Shown piece by piece: positions 50,501-61,109 of a stretch of DNA of 64,000 nucleotides. Below the pieces are notes generated by a model. The model did no database searches, was not told where the DNA came from, and saw only the letters and a program-made list of their open reading frames with translations. The stretch lies in NCBI GenBank assembly GCA_963667665.2, contig OY763927.2:1410303-1474302 (forward strand). Reading direction: 5' to 3'. Position 1 is the stretch's first letter. The number at the start of each line of letters is the position of its first letter. Origin of the DNA: Nitrosopumilus sp. (GTDB lineage Archaea; Thermoproteota; Nitrososphaeria; Nitrososphaerales; Nitrosopumilaceae). The translations under genes and the position numbers were made by a program.

Positions 50501-53500
50501 CCTAAATTCATTTCAACTAGTGTAATATTGATATTTCCAGTAAATGCTGCAAAGTTTGCATTGATATCATTTCCAATTGCTTTAACAATAACTTCAGTAT
50601 CTACAGAATAACCAGTTGTACCATTATAGAATGTGATCATTTCTACTACTGAATTATCTCCAGGATCAGTAGTAACATCTGCAGTTGTTGTACAGCTATT
50701 TTGAGTTTTTACCAATGGAACAACACTACCTGGAGAAAAACCTAATCCAAGACACACTACATTATCAGCAAATAATGTAGAATCAGTTATTGGGAATCCT
50801 TGTACGTCATCAGATAAGGAAAATGATTCTTCAGTAGTGATTTTGATTAATCCACCATTTGTTTTAACAATTATTGCATCACTCATTGATAGTGATTCTG
50901 TTAGAGGTTGAGTTGCATTCTTTGGAACACTAAGTGCATCTACAAATGATAGTAATTCTGAGAGACTCGTTGAAGCAGATTTGATAACTTCAATGGGTTC
51001 ATCATTTAGTGATAAAGACTCAGACAATTTTACGCCTTTGATTAGAAGAGTTGTCAACTCATCAGAAAGTGTGAGTGTTTCTACTTGTACATCACCCAAA
51101 GTCAAACTTTGAACAGTAAGCCAGGTCTGGTCACCAATTATGGAAAGATCGGTATTTGATGTAGAGTGTCTAGTGCTTTGAATACTTAGTACATCTCCTG
51201 CATCCAATTCAATGTAACATTTGGATTCTTGTGAAGATTCATCAAATACTCCACTACTGCTTCCTCTAGTGTAAGCAGTACCAAAACATGCTTCCGCATC
51301 TACACCATTAACTTGTAAGCTTGTCTTGAGAACTGTTCGAGCACTACTAGGAGTAGGATCTAGAGTCATTATACCATAAGAAACATGGTACAAACCTTCT
51401 CGGTTAACTGTAATGTCTGTTGCAGTTACTCCTGGAGTAAACGTAAAGTCACTATCAATTTCATCGCCAGTATCCCATTCTATATCAAGAGTAACATCCA
51501 AGTCTCGTCCACCTGCACCATCATGTAATCTTAGAATTTGAATACCAGATAATGCTCCAAGATATTCTATATCAAAATGATATCTGTTTGCATCTACTGT
51601 TGCAGCAGAGCTATCTTTTTGAAGTACTCCAAGTCTTACTGCATCGTCTGTAACTAATTCAAGAATGGTTGATGCTGAAACTGCACCAAAGTTTACTGAA
51701 TCTGTGTCTCTTAGGTAGTCAGTATCACGACCATATTCGCTTGTAACAAAACTACCAGAACTGTTTGTCTGAAGAAGTCCTAGTGAATTATGTCTATTTG
51801 CTTGAGGTGTTGAAATATTGTCAAGCATTACACTGTATGTTACTCTATATGCACCATCCTTCTTGACTACAATTGAATCATCTGTATCCTTAAACTCAAA
51901 TGTTGCAGAATCCATCTGTTCAATATTTGAACTAGTAAATGTCATGATGTGTGGCGTGGTTTGTGAATTGATTTGGATATTCGCATCAACAGTATTACGC
52001 AAAATTGCTGTAGGATTTTTTACTTTTTGAATATGGAACCAGTTTTCATCTGTGTTAAATGATGGATTTGCAGTACCTGTAGCATCTGAAACCTTATCTA
52101 GTGCGATTCTAACTTCTCCATTTGCACCAAGAGGCATAAGACATTCACCAGATATTGCAAATTGGTCAATACCATTGGAATCTCTTGTCCAACCACTGCC
52201 ATAACAAAAGTTTGTAGTGCCAAATCCTCCGGTACCATCAGTATCATTTTGAATAAATGAAACAAGTTTGTATCTTCTTTCTGTATCTTGGGTTATTGTT
52301 GCACCATAGTTGAGTCTATACATTCCTGCTTCACTTACTGATACAACATCACAAGAATCCTCACTGGTACATGGAGAAGTAGTATGACTAAATATTGAAT
52401 CTTGTCTGTCTGCAGGAGCATTCCATCCAAGTGTCATAAATCCACTTGACAAAAGCATGTTATCTTCAGTGTCTGTATTTGCACCACCAGTGAATAACTG
52501 ATTAGGAGTACCATGCATCAAAAATACATCAGGACCATTTACAACTCTAGCACTGTTATGTGCAAACATTGTATCATTTCCAAATTGGAACATGATATGG
52601 TGTTTACCTGGTGTCATGACACGAGATAACTCAAATCCTTCCTCAGTACTAGTATAGTTACGATATATGATTGACTGACCATCAATTTCTGGATCAAGTG
52701 TATGTGTACCGTTGTTTAGCTCCAAGAATTTCAGATCATCAGGTAATGCATCACCAAATGTTGTTCCATTTGATGCAGTTATGATAAGATCTGCAGTACC
52801 ATTTGTGGTAAATCTTACCTTCCATGTACCACCAACAGTTGGATAGCTTTGAACGTTGATGATATTAATTTCTGCTTCAATCTCAAATTCTTGTTCAGAT
52901 AGTTGTGGAACAATCCATTGCATCTGGTCTGCAATTTCATTTCCGTTAGTATCTACAAATTCTACTGCAAAGCGTTCATCATTTGTAACATCAACTCTAC
53001 TTCCGTTGATATTCCAAAATAGACTAAATTCTACTCCTTTAGAAACAAGATTCTCTGGAAGGTTTGAGAATGCTGTTACATTAGTATAATGAAGTGCAGA
53101 GTCGTGTGTTACTGTTACTTTTTTGACATATTTTCCGTTAGTAGAATTATCTGTCTCTAGAGTATATGGGGCAGGAGTCATGAATGTTAATTCAAGGGTT
53201 TCAGCAGTTTCATTCAGTAAGAGAACCTTTAGTGGCATGTCTTCCTGTAACATCTCATCTACTTGCTGAAGAGATGCCATTGGAATAATCATTGAAAGTT
53301 TGTCTAGTTTGATGTCTAGTTTTTCTTCTAGTTTATCTAATTTGGAATCAAGTTTGTCTAGTTTTTTGTATGCCTTTGCAGTATCAAGATTTGCATAGTA
53401 AGCAATCTTGGAATTTGTTTCGTTAATTTGTGATTCTATTGTATCAACTGAATCAATTAATCTAAAGTATTCCTTTAGATATTTTTCTGAAATATCTTCA

Positions 53501-56500
53501 TCATCATACAATCCATTAGATGTATCAGATATTTCTGCTGAATTATCCATTGATTCATAATCTTTTGAATCAAAGATTACAGTTTCAGTTGTTGCATTGA
53601 TTAATTTAATTGAAAGAATTTCTGCATCTGCTGGAATTTCTATTGCAACTGAACCAGTGGCATTAGCAAATGTTACATTATGTGTCCAGATTACAGATTT
53701 TCCAATTTCAATTGTATCATGTCCTAGTTGAATATCAGATAGAATATTACTTGTAGGTGTAGTGTAATTACTTGTTGTAATAGTTGTATTTAATGATAAG
53801 ATTTCTGATAATGTAATATCAAAAATACCATTTAATGAAATGATTACATCATCCTCAAGATATAATGTTTCAATTAATGAAGTGTTATTTTGGTTGTTAG
53901 TTACATTACCATTAATTTTCAAATATATGGAATCATTTATTGAAAGTGATTCTGATAAATTACCAATATCATTTTGCATATCAGTAGAAATTACTGTTAC
54001 AATTACTACATCAGATAATACCATTACATCAACTGATGAATTCATTGTAGAACCATTTAGTTTGTATGAAACATAATCTGTAAATGAAAATGATTGGAAT
54101 ACAGTTGGAGCATTTGATGTTGAATTAACTGAAGCTACAAGAATTGTTTCAGAAATAGTTGAATTGTTTAGTGTTATTGTAATATGATCAGTAAATGAAA
54201 GTAGTTGAGACTCAAATGGAATAGAAGATTCTAAACCAGAAGGATCTATCATTTCTAAGTAAATTTCATTAATTTGGGCTTGAGATAGTGCATCTTTGTA
54301 GATTAGAACATCTTCAACTGTGCCTGAAAAGTGGTTTGAGAGAGTTGCTGTACCTCTAAGAGTGTTAAGATATGTACCTATTATCAAATCAGAATCACTT
54401 TCAGCTATTTCTGCAGATATTGGAGACATTTCTCCTTCTATGATAACAAATGTTTCAGGAAGTGTTGCTTGTGCTTCTAAATTACCATTTAGATACAAAG
54501 AAATTTCTGTTCCATTAATTACTGCAACAAGATGAGACCAATCAGTGATTTGTGTTTCACCAATAATTTTTGTCCAAGTAATTCCATCAAAGATTGCAAA
54601 CGTTGGAACTTTTTCTGGTGAATAAATATTATTAATACCAAGAATAAATGAATTTTCTTTTGATACAACAGTAAATTCTGCTGAACCTGTTGTGTAATCT
54701 GGATTTATCCAAGTAGATATTGTAAGTTTATCAAGTTCTTCATTTAATGATTCTTCTACAATTGGAATGTAACCTTGTGTATCATTAAATGTAATTATAG
54801 TATCAGTTGAATTAGTTGTATCAATATTTGTTCCATTGATATTTGTTGAATTTGTAATTGTTTCTGGTAAAAGTACATCAATAATTATAATTTCTTTTTC
54901 TTCTTCAATGATTTGTGTTGTTGTATTATTGTATAATGACTCTATTATTGGTAATGTTTGTAAATAAATTTCTGTTACTTGTGCAGCAGTAAGATATACA
55001 TCAAAGATGTTAATCTCTTTTATTTCACCATAGAATTTTTTTGTTACTTCATCATCTGTTCTTTGAGTTTCAAGTGTTGCACCAATTACTACATCAGATG
55101 GTGATGAAACATTATCAACTGTTTTTGGTTCAAGCTGTCCATCAAGATTAATTGAAATAGTTTCAATTGAATCATTAATGTTGGATATAGTTCCGTTTGT
55201 GTAAATTGAAAGTGTTGTACCATTAAATGTTGCAGCTATGTGAGACCAATCGTTACCAATTTGTGTAACAGTTTCTACTGCATGCCATTTGATTCCATCA
55301 AATACAGCAAATTTGGCAATGTGTTGTGGTGTAATATTGTTGTTAATGGTTAATGCAAATGACTTTTCTTTTGATACAACAGTAAATTCTGCTGATCCAC
55401 CAGAATAATCAGGATTTACCCATACAGTGACTGAAATATTAGATATATCACTAGTAGAATTACCGTCATTTGAGACATATCCATCACCATCTAAAATGAG
55501 GCTAGAATCAGTCTCTTCGATATATACATCACCTATGAAGCGTGAGCCATTAACTTGGGTGTCAAATTGCCAGTATTCTGTGGCATTTGGTAATATTACT
55601 GGAATATCTGTGCCTGTGGAGTTTGTTACTAAGTCATTAACAGATGTTTGAGAAGTTGTAGCCTCAGCAGTCTCTGTATCTTCAGCTGGTGTAGAAGAAG
55701 ATGAGGTGTTATCTGCTGAGGCAGTTGAATTAGTAGAAGATGAAACTCCAGTAGACTCTGTATCTTCAACTGGTGTAGAAGAAGATGAGGCTGAATCTAC
55801 TGGAGTATCAGTGCTATCAGAAGTTGTAGCCTCAGCAGTCTCTGTATCTTCAGCTGGTGTAGAAGAAGATGAGGTGTTATCTGCTGAGGCAGTTGAATTA
55901 TCATCAAATACTGATGTATCAGCATAAGCCATAGGCCAATATGATGACGAAATAGAATAAGGTGTGATAACAGTTGTGGATAAAAGAATTAGAACAAAAA
56001 CTAAAGAAAGTATTGGACGAATCTTTTCAATTTTAAATTTAACATCTTCTGCAAAAATAAACAAAAAGAAAACAAGTGGAGCAAAAATAATAACAACAAA
56101 ATTAACATCAAGATCAAAAGAAGAATAAAAATTTAAAACAACGAAATTAAAAATAGTATCAAGTGACGGATCAACAAAGCCATCAATTGATTGTAAAATA
56201 TTTTCAAAATTATAATCAAAAACAGAATTGGAAATAATTGGTGGTAAATCAACAAAGAAAGTTGTTTGAGAAATAGGTGATTCAATTAAATTAAAATCAT
56301 CTGATGAATCTTGTTTATATGTATCATCAAGATAAAGAATTTCAGATTTTATATTCTTTTTTCTGTCTTTAACTTTATCAATTTGAGAAATTCTATCAAG
56401 AGTTGCTTGTGGTTGTTTCAAAAATGTGTTAAATTGAATTTGTTGTTCACTCAAAGATGTTTTAATATCTAATTTTTCAGAAAGTAAAACCAGTTTTTTA

Positions 56501-56745
56501 AAAGATTCAGATGTATAGCTAATACTACTATAATCTATAGAATCTTTTTTTGACGGTTGATTAGATACGATACCAATATTCTCATGAAGAGAGATTGAAA
56601 TGATTCTAGTTTCATTTAGTGCAGAAGAATCATCTACAAAGTTTTGAGGTATTGGTGCATCTGTTTGTTGAAGATCAGAAAATCCTAACGGAATATTAGA
56701 AGCAACTAAAAATAAAATTAGGATAATAGTTAGAACAGATTTCAA
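46984..56745 (-). CDS. giant (~3250 aa) secreted/surface protein with LamG x2, C1q-like x3 and repeat stalks, interrupted by an in-frame TAG at 47584-47586
   Basis: The 3053-aa track ORF and the 161-aa track ORF (46984-47469) share one frame, joined by 38 stop-free codons after the TAG. Signal-peptide-like N-terminus, LamG motifs (WSHIAATFNG, WSHLVAVING), TTG start with GGGGGAG 7 nt upstream. Confidence 0.85.
48499..48604. repeat. perfect 9-nt microsatellite (ACCACCAGT) x11 plus 7 nt, encoding a (Gly-Gly-Thr)11 linker
   Basis: Counted directly; matches the GGTGGT run in the protein. Confidence 0.96.
49267..50257. repeat. about 18 imperfect 54/60-nt coding repeats (18/20 aa, core SLTESLTFxD)
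   Basis: For example TGAGACTGAGAGAGTC recurs at 50041 and 50095 (54-nt period); protein units SITKTLSVSLEESLTFVD and AVDTTKAASVSLEESLTFTD. Confidence 0.93.
55651..55900. repeat. 82-nt perfect direct repeat (55651-55732 and 55819-55900) with a degenerate middle copy, in the Ser/Thr-rich region
   Basis: Encodes NSTASADNTSSSSTPAEDTETAEATTS twice, 168 nt apart. Confidence 0.93.
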
Positions 56746-56752
56746 TCAAAAA

Positions 56753-56759
56753 CTCCCCC
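56753..56759 (-). promoter_or_regulatory. Shine-Dalgarno-like GGGGGAG upstream of the giant gene's TTG start
   Basis: 7-nt spacing to TTG at 56745. An in-frame TGA immediately precedes the TTG, so the ORF cannot extend upstream. Confidence 0.5.
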
Positions 56760-56783
56760 AACACAAAAAGTTGCAAAAATTTC

Positions 56784-56902
56784 TTGGTGTAGAATTAAAT
56801 TTGCAAGAATTTGGTGTAGACCATGGTCTAGGGGATTGAATAAATTGATCACACTATCCGTAGAATAGTCTAAAGTATCCACCTCATCTTCTTCTACACC
56901 AA
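56784..56902. promoter_or_regulatory. cluster of a repeated TTGGTGTAGA motif (two direct, one inverted) and a 14-bp palindrome upstream of the giant gene
   Basis: TTGGTGTAGA at 56784 and 56811; TTCTACACCAA at 56892-56902; TAGACCATGGTCTA at 56817-56830. Confidence 0.45.
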
Positions 56903-57221
56903 CAAAAAATGCTTCAGGAAAAACAATAAGGAGACTAAAAATGTATCACCATGATCGATTCCAGTATGGAAATTAGGTTAATTCATAGATCCATTTTGGA
57001 ACTTTGATTTTTTATGAAAAAAGATGATTAAATTACATTTTTAGACAAAATATTTAAAAAAAATAATTCTAAAAAAAATTAGTATTGTTTTGTTAATTTA
57101 TTTTAAAATTTTCTATATTGCATAAAGAAAAAATACTACATGTAAAAAAGATGAATAACAAATGATAATCAATTCTTTGTATGAAACAAAGTTGTTTGTA
57201 TAAGATAAAATAATTTAATGT

Positions 57222-59159
57222 CTATAAAGAATTTTTATGAGAATCTCCATAGCTAACTTCTTTAATTTGACTTTGCCCAGCTGGAAGAACACGAACAAAA
57301 TCATCAATGCTTATATTTTTTGTAATTTCTTCTTCTAATTTTAAAAATTCAATTCTAATTTTTTTAGCAGCATCTGCCATTTCTGCTCCATGTGGTTCAA
57401 TAATTACATAACAAATAGAATTTTTTTTAATTGTTTCAGTAGGACCGGATGTTAAAACATAATTATCATCTTGTGGAATAATTCCCACAGCTAATCTAAG
57501 AGTTTCTGATTTAATAAAATTTCTTTGTCCTTCAATTGAAAATGATCCTTTTGGTAAAAATTCTCCACTCGGTGCTGATTTTTTTACTTGTTCATGATTT
57601 ACCCAATATGCACTTACTCCATACATTCCTTCTCTCCAAGCTCTACTAAAACAAACAGTTGCATGTGCAACTTCATTCATACTTAGTGTTGATGCATTTT
57701 CTGCATTTTTTAAAATAAAAAATGGTGAGCCAAAAATATCTCCATGAAAGACTTTATCATTTTTTGCAAGATGTTTTCGTATAACTGCAGAGTTTGATGC
57801 AACATCACGTCCTCCAATTGCAAGGAATCCATCAGATGTAAAAAACCATCTGTAACGTTCGTACCAACTTTTCTTTCGTATCTCTGAAATTACAATGGAA
57901 TTTCTTTCAGTTTCTGTTTGACTCTGTAATTTTTCAAGTTTCTTTGCTGTTTTAGTTTTAATTTCCTCTATTGATTTTATTGCAGCAAACTGTCGTTTAG
58001 CTTCATTGAACAACATTGATGCAATTGATTGTAATGGTGAAGTTGGTTTTATCTTAATTTTTTCGTCTTGAATTACTAATAATGAAATTCCTTTTTCTGT
58101 AGTAAGTTTAGCATTATTTTTAGCAAGAAGTTTCTGTGCACTTGAATCTTCAATAGAAATAATTCCTTGAGAAACCATTTCAAAAAGGGAATTTGCTACT
58201 TTAGTTATGTATTCTGATTTTTCTTTAACTATTTGAATTGCTTTTTCTTGTTCACTTAATTGACTTTCAAGTTGCTGAATTTTTTTGTTTGAGTTACTAA
58301 ACTGAATTGATTTACCCTGTTCAACAATACTTTCTGTAAACACTTTATCTAGTCCTTCCATAAACCCAGGAACAGAAGTACATGTCTCGTCACTTTCCAT
58401 TAATCTAACTGGCAAGATTTCAGCTTTATCTCCATGGATAATTACACTATCATGTTTTCCAGTTGTTACATTTGTAACAATTTCTTTTGTTGTTTCATAG
58501 ATTTCTTTGACTTGTTCATGACTTAGAGTATTTCCTATCTGTTTAGAATCAAGTTCAGCAATTTTAAAAATTCCTTCAACATATTTTTTTGGTAGACCTA
58601 AGGTTCTTCCTAACCATTTTCCAGAAGTAATATCTGATGTTTTTAATTGTTCAAAATCAGATTCAGAAATATTAAAAATATCAAGACCATTTTGTGGAGG
58701 AGTTGTATATTCTAACCCTACACCTAGTTTTCTATGTCTAACATCAATTGAATGCTGTAAAGCAAGAATTTTCATATCTTTGTTACAGATGAGAATGTTT
58801 CCATCACCAAAAAATTCCCCTACAATTACAAATTCCTTCCCAAATCCTTCAAATGTAAAATAAGCAATTCTTTCTGAACCAATTTGTTCTACCTTTTTTA
58901 ATTTCAATCTAAGCATATCACTTCTTAATCTCTTAAGCAATCTGTTTGGCTCCATTTGATCTATTTTGACTGAAGTCAACCAAACACCAGATGTTGAAAT
59001 CATCATAAACAGATCAGATTTTTCAGTATGATGAAGTTTGAAAAGTATACTGTCTTTAGTAATTCCATAGATATTACTTACATAGTAATCTTGAACTTGT
59101 TCAGTAATTTGATTAACTAGATATCTTAATTCTATTCCAGCTAGGGCCATAAACATCAA
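57222..59159 (-). CDS. rqc2: Rqc2/NEMF (NFACT/FbpA family) ribosome quality-control protein (likely start ATG 59150)
   Basis: VEQIGSERI, GEFFGDGNIL, WYERYRWF, IGGRD, FHGDIFGSPF, SRAW, SGEFLPKGSFSIEG. Confidence 0.92.
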   Translation of the reverse strand: MMFMALAGIELRYLVNQITEQVQDYYVSNIYGITKDSILFKLHHTEKSDLFMMISTSGVWLTSVKIDQMEPNRLLKRLRSDMLRLKLKKVEQIGSERIAYFTFEGFGKEFVIVGEFFGDGNILICNKDMKILALQHSIDVRHRKLGVGLEYTTPPQNGLDIFNISESDFEQLKTSDITSGKWLGRTLGLPKKYVEGIFKIAELDSKQIGNTLSHEQVKEIYETTKEIVTNVTTGKHDSVIIHGDKAEILPVRLMESDETCTSVPGFMEGLDKVFTESIVEQGKSIQFSNSNKKIQQLESQLSEQEKAIQIVKEKSEYITKVANSLFEMVSQGIISIEDSSAQKLLAKNNAKLTTEKGISLLVIQDEKIKIKPTSPLQSIASMLFNEAKRQFAAIKSIEEIKTKTAKKLEKLQSQTETERNSIVISEIRKKSWYERYRWFFTSDGFLAIGGRDVASNSAVIRKHLAKNDKVFHGDIFGSPFFILKNAENASTLSMNEVAHATVCFSRAWREGMYGVSAYWVNHEQVKKSAPSGEFLPKGSFSIEGQRNFIKSETLRLAVGIIPQDDNYVLTSGPTETIKKNSICYVIIEPHGAEMADAAKKIRIEFLKLEEEITKNISIDDFVRVLPAGQSQIKEVSYGDSHKNSL

Positions 59160-59253
59160 CTAAGAGTCGGAAATTATACTCTTACTATCAGATACGTGCA
59201 CAAGATACCAAAGATATTAAACATGGTTTGATGGAGTCACGCTAGAAATTTAT

Positions 59254-59739
59254 TTGGCAAAATTCAAAAAGAAAAAATCACAACCGACAAAAGGAACAGA
59301 TGACTCTAAAAAAGAATTATCTAAAGAAGAAACAAGTGATATTCCGGAAATTGAAAGTAAAACTTCTCCGGAAGCCCCTTCAGTAGAACCAGTAATAAAC
59401 GAAGCTGAACGAGATGAAAAAGATAGAAAATTAAATAAATTATTTTGGATGCGAGTGACATTAGCTATAATTGCAGGTACTGCAGCTACTTTCATCTTTG
59501 AAGATATTGAAGGTGAGGAGAGAAGATGGTCTTCAATTGGTTTTATGATAATTTTATTTTTTGTTACAATAATGGTTGCAAAAGAAATGAAAATGCAGTT
59601 ACCACGTTCCGATAGAAAAAAACTTGTGACACAAGGTATAGGCAGTTATATTTTCATGTATTTGTTCACATGGATTCTAACTTATACACTTGTTAATGCA
59701 GGAAGTATATCAAGTGGAATTCCTTCACCAATTTCTTGA
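59254..59739 (+). CDS. hypothetical membrane protein
   Basis: Charged N-terminus followed by about three hydrophobic helices; TTG start. Confidence 0.7.
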   Translation: MAKFKKKKSQPTKGTDDSKKELSKEETSDIPEIESKTSPEAPSVEPVINEAERDEKDRKLNKLFWMRVTLAIIAGTAATFIFEDIEGEERRWSSIGFMIILFFVTIMVAKEMKMQLPRSDRKKLVTQGIGSYIFMYLFTWILTYTLVNAGSISSGIPSPIS

Positions 59740-59759
59740 TCTACAAGGAAGAATAGATA

Positions 59760-60350
59760 ATGTGGAATTTTAAAACTCCCGGAATTCCTGATGAACTCTT
59801 TGAACGTACAGAGAAAGTTCCAATTACTAAAGAAGAAGTAAGAGTTATTCAAATTAGTAAAGCAAGATTACGTCCTGGACAATTGGTTTATGATGTAGGT
59901 TGTGGGAGTGGTTCAATCTCAGTAGAAGCAGCTATTCAAGTTGAATCAACTGGAAAAGTTCTGGCAATAGATTATGATGAAAATGCTATTGAATTAACAA
60001 AAAAGAATGTTGAAAAATTTGGACTTTCAAATGTTTCATTAGTTCATGGAAACGCAAAAGAGAAAATTACTACACTAGAACCAGCTGATGCAATATTTGT
60101 TGGCGGTACAGGTAAAGACACTGCTGAAATTGTTGAATTATGTCAAGACAAGTTAAAGTCTGGGGGAAGAATTGTGATTGGAACAATATTGATTGAAACT
60201 CTTTATACTATTTTACAAATACTAGAAAAATTACAATTTGATTCTGTGGATATTACTCAAGTTACAATCTCAAAGAGTAGAAAGACAAGCACAGGAACTA
60301 TGATGCTTGCTAGAAACCCTGTAACAATAATTTCTGCAACTAAATCTTAA
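59760..60350 (+). CDS. cbiT: cobalt-precorrin-6B C15-methyltransferase (decarboxylating)
   Basis: PITKEEVR, YDVGCGSGSISVE, IFVGG, ARNPV. Confidence 0.95.
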   Translation: MWNFKTPGIPDELFERTEKVPITKEEVRVIQISKARLRPGQLVYDVGCGSGSISVEAAIQVESTGKVLAIDYDENAIELTKKNVEKFGLSNVSLVHGNAKEKITTLEPADAIFVGGTGKDTAEIVELCQDKLKSGGRIVIGTILIETLYTILQILEKLQFDSVDITQVTISKSRKTSTGTMMLARNPVTIISATKS

Positions 60351-60386
60351 TCTAGCTTTTAATTGGGAACATAAACCAGAATCTGT

Positions 60387-61109
60387 ATGACAAGTTTAGT
60401 TGGAATTGGAGTAGGTCCTGGTGATCCTGAATTACTTACGGTAAAAGCAGTAAAAGCTATTCACAATGCAGATATTATCATGTGTCCAGCCTCAAATGAA
60501 GATAGACTTAGTATTGCATTATCTGTAGTATCATCGATAATTGATAAATCTAAAAATCAAAAAATTATAAAATTAATTTTTCCAATGACTAAAGACAAAG
60601 ATGTTCTTGAGCAAACGTGGAAAAGAAATGCAAAGATAATGGCCGAAACAGTTTTGTCAGGAAAAAATGTTGTATATCTTACTGTTGGTGATCCATTTCT
60701 TTATAGTACTTGGATATACATGCATAAAGATCTTAAAGAAAATTATCCTGACATGAACATTAGTGTCATTCCAGGAATTGTTTCAATTTTTACATTTGCA
60801 TCAAAGGTTGGTGTTAGTGTTGCTGAAGGTGCAGAAAAAGTTGCTATAATTCCATCCTGTTATGATTTATCTAGTGTAAAAGAAATTGCAAAACATTCTG
60901 AATCTATGATATTTCTTAAAGATGGAAGATATTTTGATCAAGTAATTAAAGTTCTAAAAGAATCTGGATTTCCTGATGACTCTATATTTGCAATTGGACA
61001 GGATCTTGGAACCGAAAATGAAATTATTCGAAAAATGACTTTAGGTGAAGTAAATGATGGAACCTTAACTACAAAATATTTTTCAATATTGGTGGTAAAG
61101 CGTGTCTAA
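60387..61109 (+). CDS. cbiL: precorrin-2 C20-methyltransferase
   Basis: GVGPGDPELLTVKA, FPMTKD, GDPFLYST, IPGIVS. Confidence 0.93.
   Translation: MTSLVGIGVGPGDPELLTVKAVKAIHNADIIMCPASNEDRLSIALSVVSSIIDKSKNQKIIKLIFPMTKDKDVLEQTWKRNAKIMAETVLSGKNVVYLTVGDPFLYSTWIYMHKDLKENYPDMNISVIPGIVSIFTFASKVGVSVAEGAEKVAIIPSCYDLSSVKEIAKHSESMIFLKDGRYFDQVIKVLKESGFPDDSIFAIGQDLGTENEIIRKMTLGEVNDGTLTTKYFSILVVKRV

Noticed and set aside
48422-55927. Track ORFs inside the giant gene (48422, 48426, 48441, 49466, 49775, 51818, 52856, 53840, 54320, 55427, 55706)
   Set aside because: Antisense or off-frame shadows of low-complexity coding repeats, with no independent motifs.
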